Shown piece after piece: positions 52,625 through 64,000 of a DNA stretch of 64,000 nucleotides. Location of the stretch: contig OX597817.1 of the NCBI GenBank assembly GCA_951406725.2, forward strand, positions 165,478,001-165,542,000. Direction: 5' to 3'. Every line of letters starts with the position of its first letter. Position 1 is the first letter of the stretch. The notes beneath the pieces are model-generated. The model was not told the DNA's origin and ran no database searches. It worked only from the letters and a program-made list of their open reading frames with translations. A program made the translations under genes and the position numbers. This stretch comes from Octopus vulgaris. Lineage: Eukaryota.

Positions 52625-53345
52625 CCAGTGCCGGTGACAAGTAAGCGAACCATCCGATCGTGGCCGTTGCCGCCCCGACTAGGCTCCGTGCCGGTGACAC
52701 GTAAAAAGCACCATCCGTTCGTGGCCGTTGCCAGCCTGGCCTGGCCTCCGTGCCGGTGGCACGTATAAAGCACCATCCGTTCGTGGCCGTTGCCAGTCTC
52801 GCCTGGCCCTCGTGCCGGTGGCACGTAAAAAGCACCATCCGTTCGTGGCCGTTGCCAGCCTGGCCTGGCCTCCGTGCCGGTGGCACGTATAAAGCACCAT
52901 CCGTTCGTGGCCGCTGCCAGCCTCGCCTGGCCCTCGTGCCGGTGGCACGTAAAAAGCACCATCCGTTCGTGGCCGTTGCCAGCCTGGCCTGGCCTCCGTG
53001 CCGGTGGCACGTATAAAGCACCATCCGTTCGTGGCCGTTGCCAGTCTCGCCTGGCCCTCGTGCCGGTGGCACGTAAAAAGCACCATCCGTTCGTGGCCGT
53101 TGCCAGCCTCGCCTGGCCCCCGTTGCGGTGGCACGTAAAAAGCACCATCCGTTCGCGGGCCGTTGCCAGCGCCGCCCCCGACTGACCTCCGTGCTGGTGG
53201 CACGTAAAAGCACCATCCGTTCGTGTCCGTTGCCAGCCTCGCCTGGCCCCCGTGCCGGTGGCACGTAAAAGCACCATCCGTTCGTTGCCGTTTGCCAGCT
53301 CCGTCTGGCTTCTGTGCGGGTGGCACGTAAAAAGCACCCACTACA
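52625..53345 (+). repeat. 62-bp GC-rich minisatellite, ~12 units
   Basis: GTGCCGGTG.CACGTA.AAAGCACCATCCGTTCG at 52688, 52750, 52812, 52874, 52936, 52998, 53060 and onward. Confidence 0.95.
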
Positions 53346-53524
53346 CTCGCGGAGTGGTTGGCGTTAGGAAGGGCATCCAGCCGTAGAAACACTGCCAGAT
53401 CAGATGGGCCTGATGCAGCCTTCTGGCTTCACAGACCCCAGTTGAACCGTCCAACCCATAGTAGCATGGAAAACGGACGCTAAATGATGATGATGATGAT
53501 GATATATATATATATATATATATA

Positions 53525-53725
53525 TAACGGAAGGTTTACGAAAATAAACAAAAGACGAAGGTAGGTGGAGTACAAACAAATAATGTATTAGTATGGCGCT
53601 CAGGAATAGAAATAAAACAAGTCTTTTACGTTTCGAGCCTACGCTCTTCGACAGAAAGATACACAGAAAAGAAACAAGGAGAGAAAAAAAAATTACGTGT
53701 AGGGGCTACGAATCAACATGGCGTT
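53525..53725 (-). mobile_element. Solo pLTR-like element with HHR-like motif (53622-53659)
   Basis: UCUUU-CUGUCGA-A-GAGC-GUAG-GCUC-GAAA-CGUA-AAAGA with perfect 5-bp stem I; (TA)n flanks. Confidence 0.7.
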
Positions 53726-54027
53726 ATATATATATATACATACATACATACATACATACATATACTAGCAAATGCACTCGTCCTTTGGATTGTGTAATTA
53801 TCATAATGGTGCACTCCTGTGGACGATTTAAGTTGAATTAGCCCGCAGTTTGAAGTCGTTTCAAGTTGATTAGCGTAAAATGTATAATTACAATTTTCGT
53901 TAGCAGCTTGTATGGTATTATGAAACTTAAGTAATGAAGAATTTTTTGAATACAAATTTGACACTTATTGATAAATGAAAGTCCATAGAACGGGATTGCA
54001 ATTGCAGTAGGTATTAGAGATCTTAGT

Positions 54028-54408
54028 GGAGGCGCAATGGCCCAGTGATTAGAGCAGCGAACTCGCGGTCATAGGATCGCGGTTTCGATTCCCAGACCGG
54101 GCGTTGTGAGTGTTTATTGAGCGAAAACACCTAAAGCTCCACGAGGCTCCGGCAGGGATGGTGGTGATCCCTGCTGTACTCTTTCACCACAACTTTCTCT
54201 CACTCTTACTTCCTGTTTCTGTTGTACCTGTATTTCAAAGAGCCGGCCTTGTCACTCTCTGTGTCACGCTGAATATCTCCGAGAACTACGTTAAGGGTAC
54301 ACGTGTCTGTGGAGTGCTCAGCCACTTACACGTTAATTTCACGAGCAGGCTGTTCCGTTGATTCAGATCAACCGGAACCCTCGTCGTCGTAACCGACGGA
54401 GTGCTTCC
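54028..54408 (+). mobile_element. SINE family B, full length
   Basis: GGAGGCGCAATGGCCCAGTG head to CCGACGGAGTGC tail. Confidence 0.9.
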
Positions 54409-54611
54409 ATATCTTACTTGAAGGGTTTTATATCATGTTCTTTTCTCGTAATACCTGACAGAACTGCATTGAAGCTTCTTTTTCAATGAAACTCATGTAT
54501 GATAAAGAAAAGCAAACATCTATAACAAACACACAAACAGAATAATGGCGTGTACATGCTTATGAGCGAACAGCGTGCGTGAAGTAAGAAGAGTCATTGA
54601 CGGTAATATGG

Positions 54612-54993
54612 GGGCACTCCGTCGGTTACGACGATGAGGGTTCCGGTTGATCCGAATCAACGGAACAGCCTGCTCGTGAAATTAACGTGTAAGTGGCTGA
54701 GCACTCCACAGACACGTGCACCCTTAACGTAGTTCTCGGGGATATTCAGCGTGACACAGAGAGTGACAAGGCCGGCCCTTTGAAATACAGGTACAACAGA
54801 AACAGGAAGTAAGAGTGAGAGAAGGTTGTGGTGAAAGAGTACAGCAGGAATCACCACCATCCCCTGCCGGAGCCTCGTGGAGCTTTTAGGTGTTTTCGCT
54901 CAATAAACACTCACAACGCCCGGTCTGGGAATCGAAACCGCGATCCGATGACTGCGAGTCCGCTGCTCTAACCACTGGGCCATTGCGCCTCCA
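54612..54993 (-). mobile_element. SINE family B, full length
   Basis: Near-identical inverted copy of 54028-54408. Confidence 0.9.
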
Positions 54994-55119
54994 CGAAGGT
55001 AATATACTGTTAACATTAATCAGGGAAATGAAGCAAAACATCAATGAAATGCATGCGGGAAGTTTGATTGCTAACGGCTACAGTTTGGTATAGATGTGAA
55101 GAATGCAGTTGAGGAATAA

Positions 55120-56400
55120 CTACTGTAGGGTTGCTTTCCAGAGGATATTTTTTGATTTTCGTTCAGGAGTATAGATGAATAAGTTATCTGGAAGGCCAAC
55201 TCTGGAACAACCAACGTAGAACTGTCCATGTGAAAAGCACGATGTTCGAAGGTCCAATCCAACAACTTTCAACGACTGAACTTGTGCTTTGTTAATTGCC
55301 ATGGCGAATTTGGGTTTCAGAGGGAACTGAATTCTCTACATAATGAAGGAGCAGTCTGTTGGAGTTAGCGGAAGTTTCGGAATGAAAACGGTATAGTTTT
55401 TGCCGTGTCCCATGATAATTTGGGCTTCAATGGCGTGGTCCATCATTTGTTTGACCACAAGGCGAATTACATTGCACTGTGTGAGTGCGTTTAGATTGCG
55501 TAGGAGGATCACAGGGCAACCGACTTTCAAGAGAAGTTCATGGGGAGGAGGATATGGAGGATCTTGGGAGTTGAGAAAATCCATTGGAAATTGTGTAACC
55601 TGTTCGAGCTCTTTAACGGTGACAACTGATCTGTAACAACGTTCTTAAAAAGGAAGCTGACTGAGTAAGTCATAGTTGACAGCTGCATTTGTAGGGGTAA
55701 GAACAGCCCTGTCGCGAAGCCAATCTAGTTTTATGTATTCCGTTGTAAGATTTGGGTAAACAGCAGAACATAAGTCATCAGGGCTGAAGTCAGTGTGACC
55801 AATGGTGGTAGTGTCAATGTATCCGTTGTCATCGGACGTAATTTGTCCATTGCTAATTTCCGAAAACTGGGTTGTAGGCTGACCAGTCTGTAGGAGTGAT
55901 CTCATGTTGATAGTGAGTTGTTTCGATTGGACATGCGACCAAAGGAGGGATTTTTTAAGGCAGGCATTATGCTCATCAGCGGGTGTTCCTTTGGGTATAA
56001 TTGACAGAGTTTGTTGAAAATCTCTTGCAAGAAGTAGAGTCGCACCTCCGAGGATGTTGCTGTTTGATCTAAGGTCTCTCATTGTGGCATGAAGTGCTTG
56101 TAGGGAACATTTATGGGACATAGCTGCTTCATCCCAAACAATGAATTTGCACTTTTTCAAAATGGTCACTTCGTTCGAAGAATGCATTATGTAGTACGTT
56201 GGGTTTTCTTGATGTGCTACATTGAATGGCAATTTGAAGGTAGAGTGTGCTGTTCGTCGGCCGTCGAGAAGAGTTGAAGCTATTCCTGAGGAGGCAACAG
56301 CAATAGCAAGGTTACCATTATGCTGCAACTTCGTAAGAAGAAGATTCTGGAGGAATGTTTTTCCTGTTCCATCGGGTGTGTCTAAGAAGATGATTCCGTC
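55120..56400 (-). pseudogene. Helitron Pif1-family helicase relic
   Basis: FLDTPDGTGKTFL, VASSGIAS..TAHSTFKLP, IVWDEAAM, DFQQTL, LKVGCPVILLRNL, AMAINKAQ, FSHGQFYVGCSRV over three broken frames. Confidence 0.93.
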
Positions 56401-56676
56401 AGTGTATGTATGTAGATGTTTCCGAGGGCGAAATTGGGCAATCTTTCGATATGACTCGCACGAATGTCAAACTAAACGTCTGATCCAACAGCTGTTAAAA
56501 TATAGCATTCGGTAAAATCCGTAAAAACTTTTTATTTATTTATTTTTGTGCGTGGAAATGTACATTCCGTTTGATGTCAGGATAAAGTGAAAGAGAGAGA
56601 AAATTGACAGGGACGTGTGTATGTGATAATGGTAGGTGCGAGACAGAAAGTGTGTGTTGTATGTGTGTGTGTATGC

Positions 56677-56724
<48 letters not shown>

Positions 56725-56993
56725 AAGAGAGAGATGTGTGTGGGTGTGTGGGTGTGAGGGAAAGAGTAACAGCGTATATTTCTTTGATTTCTTTTTCCTC
56801 GCATCCTTTTTGAGAGAGTGTGTGAGTGATTGACTGGGAGAGAGAGAGAGAGAGATGTTGTTGGAAAGAGAGAGAGAGAACGTGTGTGTCGCCGTGTGTG
56901 TGAGAGAAAGAGAAAGAGAGAGACGGAGAGTGTGATAGCGAAATTTTTTTAAAATTTATTTAGATCTTTTCGCATCTTTTCTAGTGAGTGTGT

Positions 56994-57046
<53 letters not shown>

Positions 57047-57329
57047 TTGTCATGTCTGTCTAAAATGGGTAGTATCAGTCTCACAAGCGCACAAACACAT
57101 ACGTACACCCATAATCTGCCATATACACGTACATACATAAATACATATGCATACATGTTTCTCGGGCGAATGAGCATTTTTAAATTTTAGGATGGTGTCT
57201 CACACACACGGCGACACACAGTCTCTCCTTCTCTCTCATTCACACACACACACAAAGCAAGACACCTTCTCTCTCTCTCTCTGACAATACCCCTGTTTCT
57301 CTACTTCTCTCTCTCTCTCTCTCACTCTT

Positions 57330-57362
<33 letters not shown>

Positions 57363-57484
57363 TTTCCAGTCAAACACTAAAAAATGATGAGGAAAAGTAA
57401 ATAAATAAAAATTTACGCTCTCTCTCTTTCACACATACAAACACAGCGATACACTTTTTTTCTCTCTCTTTCCGACAACACCTT

Positions 57485-57531
<47 letters not shown>

Positions 57532-57683
57532 GTCAATCACTCACACACTCATTCAAAAAAGATGCAATGAAAAAACAAATAATAATGCACGCTGTTCTCT
57601 TCCTCACACACACACTCACACAAAACACACACACACAGCAACACACATCTTCTCTCTCTCTCTTTCTCCCCCTCTCTCTCCCC

Positions 57684-57739
<56 letters not shown>

Positions 57740-57920
57740 TACACACAAATGCACACAGCACCCCACATCAGCACATACACACGTCCCTGTCAGTTTTCTC
57801 TCTTCTACTTTATACTGACATCAAACGAAATGTACTTTTCCAGCCACAGAAATAAATAGTGTCTGCAAGGTACTGTTTGAGTTGGGGGATGTTGTAGGAT
57901 GTTTCTCTGAGAATGAGGCG

Positions 57921-57976
<56 letters not shown>

Positions 57977-58220
57977 ACACCTTCCACTGTCAACCTCTGA
58001 CTATTACTTCGCAAAGACTTACCTCCCTTGTCCACAATAGTCCCTATAGAAGGTATTTCTGACCTTCTGAACATAGATGCCCCATTACTCCATAAGTGAC
58101 AAATCTAAAGAGTGTAGAACTTTCTGTGGAACATAAGGGACATATTTGCCAAGCATTAACGAAATCGGATGAAGAATATTGATTTTTACGTGTGATCAAG
58201 CTAATGGTCGGTCACACACA

Positions 58221-58258
<38 letters not shown>

Positions 58259-58263
58259 GGCAT

Positions 58264-58313
<50 letters not shown>

Positions 58314-58314
<1 letters not shown>

Positions 58315-58965
58315 CTAACTGAATGACCCAACGTTGCCAGTGTTACTGTTGTTCTTATTCAGACTTGTAAACAATAAATTTAAAGGTATATCTTCATAAT
58401 TATTTCAAAATATATTTTATTAAAAAATATCCAAATTTTAATGATAATAGAATTTAGGACTGAAAATCTGTCAATGTTGAAGAACCTCAGGGTAAACAAT
58501 ATTCAATGATTTGATTTTATATTACATCTCCCAAATCTGATAAAAATCCAATTGCTTTCTTCTCTTTCTCTCTTTCTTCGTTCCATCCAACTACAATTTT
58601 TTTCTGCATCACGCCCATCTTCTTTCAACTTTTTCTTTCTATCATTCCTTATTTCTTCATTTCTTTCTATATTTCTATTTTTCTTTATTTACTTTCTTTC
58701 GTTTTCCTTTCTTTTTCCTTTCGCTTTTTCATTTTTTCATGCTTTCTATTCGTCGCCTATTTTCCTTTTTTTTTTTCATATTTTATTCTTTTTTATTTCT
58801 ATTTTCTTTTCTTCCTTCTTTCCTTCTGACTTTTTCTTTCTTCCTCCCTAACTTCTATTCCGTGTTCAACAATTTTTCGAATTTCTCGTCCTTTGTTATA
58901 TAAATATATATATGTCTATATCTATAAAAAAGAGTTATATACAAACGCTCTTTTATAGATATAGA
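58314..58965 (-). mobile_element. Probable non-autonomous Helitron
   Basis: Ends resemble 5247-5638: ACTAACTG..ACCCAACGTTGCC and ACAAACGCTCTTTTATAGATATAGAT. Confidence 0.5.
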
Positions 58966-58981
58966 TATATATATTCATATA

Positions 58982-59128
58982 TCGACGAAGAGTTATGCTC
59001 GAAACGTCAAACGCTTTCTTTTCACCTTACATCAAGCTAATACGTTCCTTGTGCATGTCCTCTTGCTGTCTGTTAAATTTACCACTCGTTTTCGTTTTTA
59101 ATTGATTGTTTATTTGAATTGACTATTT

Positions 59129-59130
<2 letters not shown>
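58982..59130 (+). mobile_element. pLTR-like fragment with HHR-like motif
   Basis: UCGACGA-A-GAGU-UAU-GCUC-GAAA-CGUC then T-rich tail, like 32321-32445. Confidence 0.55.
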
Positions 59131-59172
<42 letters not shown>

Positions 59173-59404
59173 TATGAGATAAAACTTACTTGGAAATGGA
59201 TGCATGACGTTCAATCATATAATAATATAAATAATATATATATATATTTGCATCGACTTTGCCTTTAATCCTTTCGGGGTCGATAAATTAAGTACCAGTT
59301 ACGCACTGGGGTCGATGTAATCGACTTAATCCCTTTGTCTGTCCTTGTTTGTCCCCTCTGTGTTTAGCCCCTTGTGGGTAGTAAAGAAATATATATATAT
59401 ATAT

Positions 59405-59850
59405 ATGTATATGTGCATACTTACATATTTACGTACATACATATGCATATGTGGGCAGAGGACATCACAGAACGTAAACAACATAAAATACGAAAACATG
59501 AAATACGAAATACGAATAAATGGAATATGAATTTTTTTTTTTTTCGAACAACGAAAGAAACAAATGCAAACAAGACAAACAACACAAAGAACTACCCTTC
59601 ACGGATTAGAAAAACAGCGGACAAATGATGAAGGGTTGTTCTTTGTGTTGCTTGTCTCGTGTTGCTTGTCTTGTTTTCTATTTGTTTCTTTCGTTGTTCG
59701 CCAAAAAATTTCATATTCCATGTATTCGTATTTCGTATTTCGTATTTCTTAATTCATGTTTTCGTATTTTATGTTGTTTATGTTCTGTGATGTCCTGTGC
59801 CCACATATGCATATGTATATACGTATATATGTAAGTATCTACATATACCT
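59405..59850. repeat. Long imperfect inverted repeat (~200-bp arms)
   Basis: CATATGCATATGTGGGCA...CCCTTCA mirrored by TGAAGGG...TGCCCACATATGCATATG. Confidence 0.9.
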
Positions 59851-60081
59851 ATGTATTTATGCATATATCATTTATATATATATATATATATAATATCAAT
59901 ATACATAGATATCCATATATACGTTCATATACATATCTACATATATATAAATATACATAGATATACATACACACATACACACATACATACATACATACAT
60001 ACATACATACATACATACATACATACATACATACATACATACATACATGCATACATACATACATACATACATGCATACATA

Positions 60082-60649
60082 TGGGGTTCACACTGAAGAT
60101 ATCACCCACATCATAAGCAGTTGTTCGAAAATGCATTCATGGTATTATCTACAGATGAGACATAACGTTGTAGCTAGGACACTCTATAATGAAATCCGTC
60201 GAAAGGATATTCCCTAGCACAAAGAAATAAAAACCCACAATATAGTAGAAGCCATAGCCACTCATGATAAAAAGGATTACTTGTGGAATGTCCCAGTGAA
60301 GAACTTAATAAAATGGAAGCACAACAGACCCGATATAATGATTTGGGGTAGAGAAGAGAAACTGTGCACAGTTGTGGAAATTAGCTGCCCAGTGGATGTT
60401 AACATAAAGCTGAAGATCAGTGAAAAGGAGAACACCTATGCTGAACTATTGAGGAATCTGCAGTTACTCTATCCAGATTGCAAGTTCAAGTTTATACCTG
60501 TAATTATTGGGGCATTGGGATATGTAACACACTGCCTAAATATTAATCTTGAGACATTAGGCTTCTTAAAACCAGAATGGGGAAAGTTAATTCTATGCAT
60601 CACTGGAATTGTAAAAATCTGTAAAACTTTCGAGAAGTTTATCATTTAA
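60082..60649 (+). pseudogene. C-terminal fragment of an R4/Dong-like LINE (restriction-like endonuclease)
   Basis: EDITHIISSC, RHNVV, HNRPDI..VVEISCP..K..EK..Y, IPVIIGALG. Confidence 0.85.
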
Positions 60650-60656
60650 ATATATA

Positions 60657-60883
60657 TATTTCTTTACTGCCCACAAGGGGCTAAACATAGAGGGGACAAA
60701 CAAGGACAGACAAAGGGATTAAGTTGATTACGTCAACCCCAGTGCGTAACTGGTACTTAATTTATCGACCCCGAAAGGATGAAAGGCAAAGTCGACCTCG
60801 GCGGAATTTGAACTCAGAACGTAACGACAGACGAAATACCGCTAAGCATTTCGCCCAGAGCGCTAACGCTTCTGCCAGCTCGC
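60657..60883 (-). mobile_element. SINE family A
   Basis: Full match. Confidence 0.85.
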
Positions 60884-61116
60884 GAATCATTTACATATGT
60901 AACTATGTGCCTGAGAATATATACATAAAACATACAAATCTGCACAAACAAACAAACAAACAAACAAACATACATACATACATACATACATACATACATA
61001 CAAACAAAGAAAAATACTCTGTTGTTGATGTTGAAATTCCAGTGAAGGAAGTTTGGATCTAGGTTAGAAACCGTTTCTTTCCCTATTGGCAAGAAATATT
61101 GTAATAAACTGAATAA

Positions 61117-61168
<52 letters not shown>

Positions 61169-61275
61169 GCTCATATATATACAAACATACACAAACACAG
61201 TCATATATATACACCTTTTTTCTTTGACTGTAACTTCAAACATCTTCTCAATATATATTTCCCTCTCTCTCACTT

Positions 61276-61307
<32 letters not shown>

Positions 61308-61844
61308 CCACCTCTATCTCCTCACACACACAAACCCTCCATGCACAAATCCACACATATTCTAAGACAAACGATAACATACACACACACTCACATACAT
61401 AAACACACACACACACACACACTACACACAGTGGCAAACACAAACACATACACATTCACATATACTGAAGCAGATACACTACACAAGCAAGCGAAACACA
61501 ACGCATACACACAAACAAAAACACCTTAGTACCCTTCAAATCATAAACTCACCAAAGTTTAAACCATTATTACTCACCTACCTATCTACATACCTACCTT
61601 CCTACTGCGCTAACATATGCCGCTCTCTCAGCCGCCATTACGCTACATTGAAATAAATTTCCCGTCATGCCCGGCGACAGCTGCACACTTTCAACATGGA
61701 GATGTTTATCAGTGGATTGCCTTCTTATCTGCTCGTTACTGTCGTTTTAATGTGCTTCGGTCTTGTTATATAGATAGCTACTACCAGCTCATACACTCTA
61801 CCCTCCTCCAAACAACTCTATGTATGTAGTTACGTACTTGTTTT

Positions 61845-62415
<571 letters not shown>

Positions 62416-62764
62416 GCAAGTGCGCATGTGTATGGGCGTGTGTGTGTGTGTGCGTATGTGTGGGTGTGAAATGTGTATGCTGTAGAATGTGTGTGTGCTC
62501 TTGAACAAATAAAGAGCTCAAAGACTCAAACGTTCCCCCTCCCCCAACACATACACTCATGTATAAACATACATAAAACAAACACGTAGAACCGTTATCA
62601 ACTCCAAACAAATCTGAAATTAATAATATGTAACGTGATGCGCTTCTGAATCTATCACTACTAAAAGCTCCAGTTCTTGTTTGAACCGACAACCTCATCC
62701 ATAACGACCGTTTTATTCACAAAGTAGTACATCACTACATGTGCGTGTATATTCTTTTTTTTTT

Positions 62765-62985
62765 CTTTGTTTCAGTCATTTGACTGCGGCCATGCTGGAG
62801 CCCCGTCCTTAGTCGAGCAAATCGACCTCAGGACTTATTCTTTGTGAGCGTAGTACTTATTCTATCGGTCTCTCTTTTGCCGAACCGCTAATTTACGGTC
62901 ACGTATACACACCAGTATCGGTTGTCAAACGATGTCCGGGGGACAAACACAGACACACAAATACATACATACATACATACCTACA

Positions 62986-63061
<76 letters not shown>

Positions 63062-63277
63062 CATGTATGTATGTATGTATGTATGTATGTATGTATGTAT
63101 GTATGTACGTATGTATTATGTATACGACGAGCTTCTTTCAGTTTTCGTCCACTAAATCCACTCACAAGGCTTTGGTCGCCCGAAGCTATAGTAGAAGGCA
63201 CTTGGCCAAGGTGCCACGCAGTGGGGGTGAACCCGGAACCATGTGGTTGGTAAGCAAGCTACTTACCACACGCGCCT
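62765..63277 (-). mobile_element. SINE family C
   Basis: Both halves with internal microsatellite. Confidence 0.85.
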
Positions 63278-63321
63278 ATATATATATGTTTTCAAACAGT
63301 GAAACATATCCCTCGCAATGA

Positions 63322-64000
63322 AATATCGCCCTATCTCACTCACCTCTCGCATCATTAAAGTGTTTGACAGCATGGCTTTCGCTGTGGCAGGGACTGTCTA
63401 ACACAGCTCTTACACCACGTTGGAGATATACTTAAAGCCTTGGGAACAGATTTGAACTCTGATGTCATATATCTTGATTTCAGTAAAGCGTTCGACAGGG
63501 TTGGCCATAATATCTTACTCTTAAAATTGGCAAATGTTGGAATCCGTGGAAAAGTTCTACACTGGATTAAGTATTTCCTGGCGAATAGAACACAAGAAGT
63601 TGTGGTCGATGGAATCCACTCAAGCCCTGCAAAAGCCACCAGTGGTGTCCCTCAGGGGACTGTCTTGGGCCCGCTCCTCTTTATAATTTACATAAACGAC
63701 CTTTCCAGCGTCGTAAATCACTGCAAAGTGAAAATATTTGCTGATGACACTAAGCTCCAGAAAATCATCAATGAAGAAGAAGACCGAACTCAACTCCAGT
63801 CTGATCTATATGCTGTGAGTCAATGGGCAGACAAAAACAAAATGCAACTGAACGAGAGAAAATTTGAACTGATGCATTTTGGAAGAAAGTCTATATTAAA
63901 ACAGCCATACTCTCTTCCTTCAAGGGAACCGCTCACAGCATCTAATAATATCAGAGACCTAGGTCTAATTGTTGATAACAATCTCAGCTGGAGTGCCCAT
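63322..64000 (+). pseudogene. CR1-group LINE reverse transcriptase fragment, runs off the window
   Basis: YRPISLTS, a deletion at ~63367, then open frame QHGFR..YLDFSKAFD..SGVPQGTVLGPLLF..FADDTK..RDLG. Confidence 0.92.

Larger units (their letters stand above)
51530..53503 (+). mobile_element. 5'-truncated RTE-clade LINE with minisatellite 3' UTR and (TGA)n tail
   Basis: ORF with GLRINLVKTK, FRYLG, GSETW, RLRWYGHV, RGRPRKTW; tail 53485-53502. Confidence 0.9.
53765..58250 (-). mobile_element. Probable deleted Helitron containing the helicase relic
   Basis: CTAG end at 53765-68 downstream of the helicase; 5' boundary uncertain. Confidence 0.45.

Noticed and set aside
52625-53345. CRISPR-like appearance of regular repeats and overlapping long ORFs
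   Set aside because: No unique spacers or cas genes; eukaryotic minisatellite.

Overview
Repeat-saturated animal genomic DNA, most likely octopus, inferred from the tRNA-derived SINE families and very high microsatellite density. No host gene is convincingly supported; most ORFs in the track are translated microsatellites. Recognisable content: three SINE families; four mariner relics; Helitrons, one with a Pif1 helicase pseudogene; RTE, CR1-group and R4/Dong-like LINE fragments; and two Penelope-like elements (PLEs), one with an uninterrupted RT-GIY-YIG frame. The main signal is a set of non-coding elements bearing hammerhead-ribozyme (HHR) motifs, mostly inserted in (TA)n tracts, often the one inside SINE family C. 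The best case is an 844-bp x 3.2 tandem array (45955-48684) with an empty-site copy beside it. Each unit carries a hammerhead whose strands lie in a non-circularly permuted order, and a diverged relative at 16254-16322 shows compensatory base changes. Several other elements carry U3-A8 core-variant hammerheads. All folds were done by eye and activity is untested. Element boundaries are approximate unless motifs are quoted.
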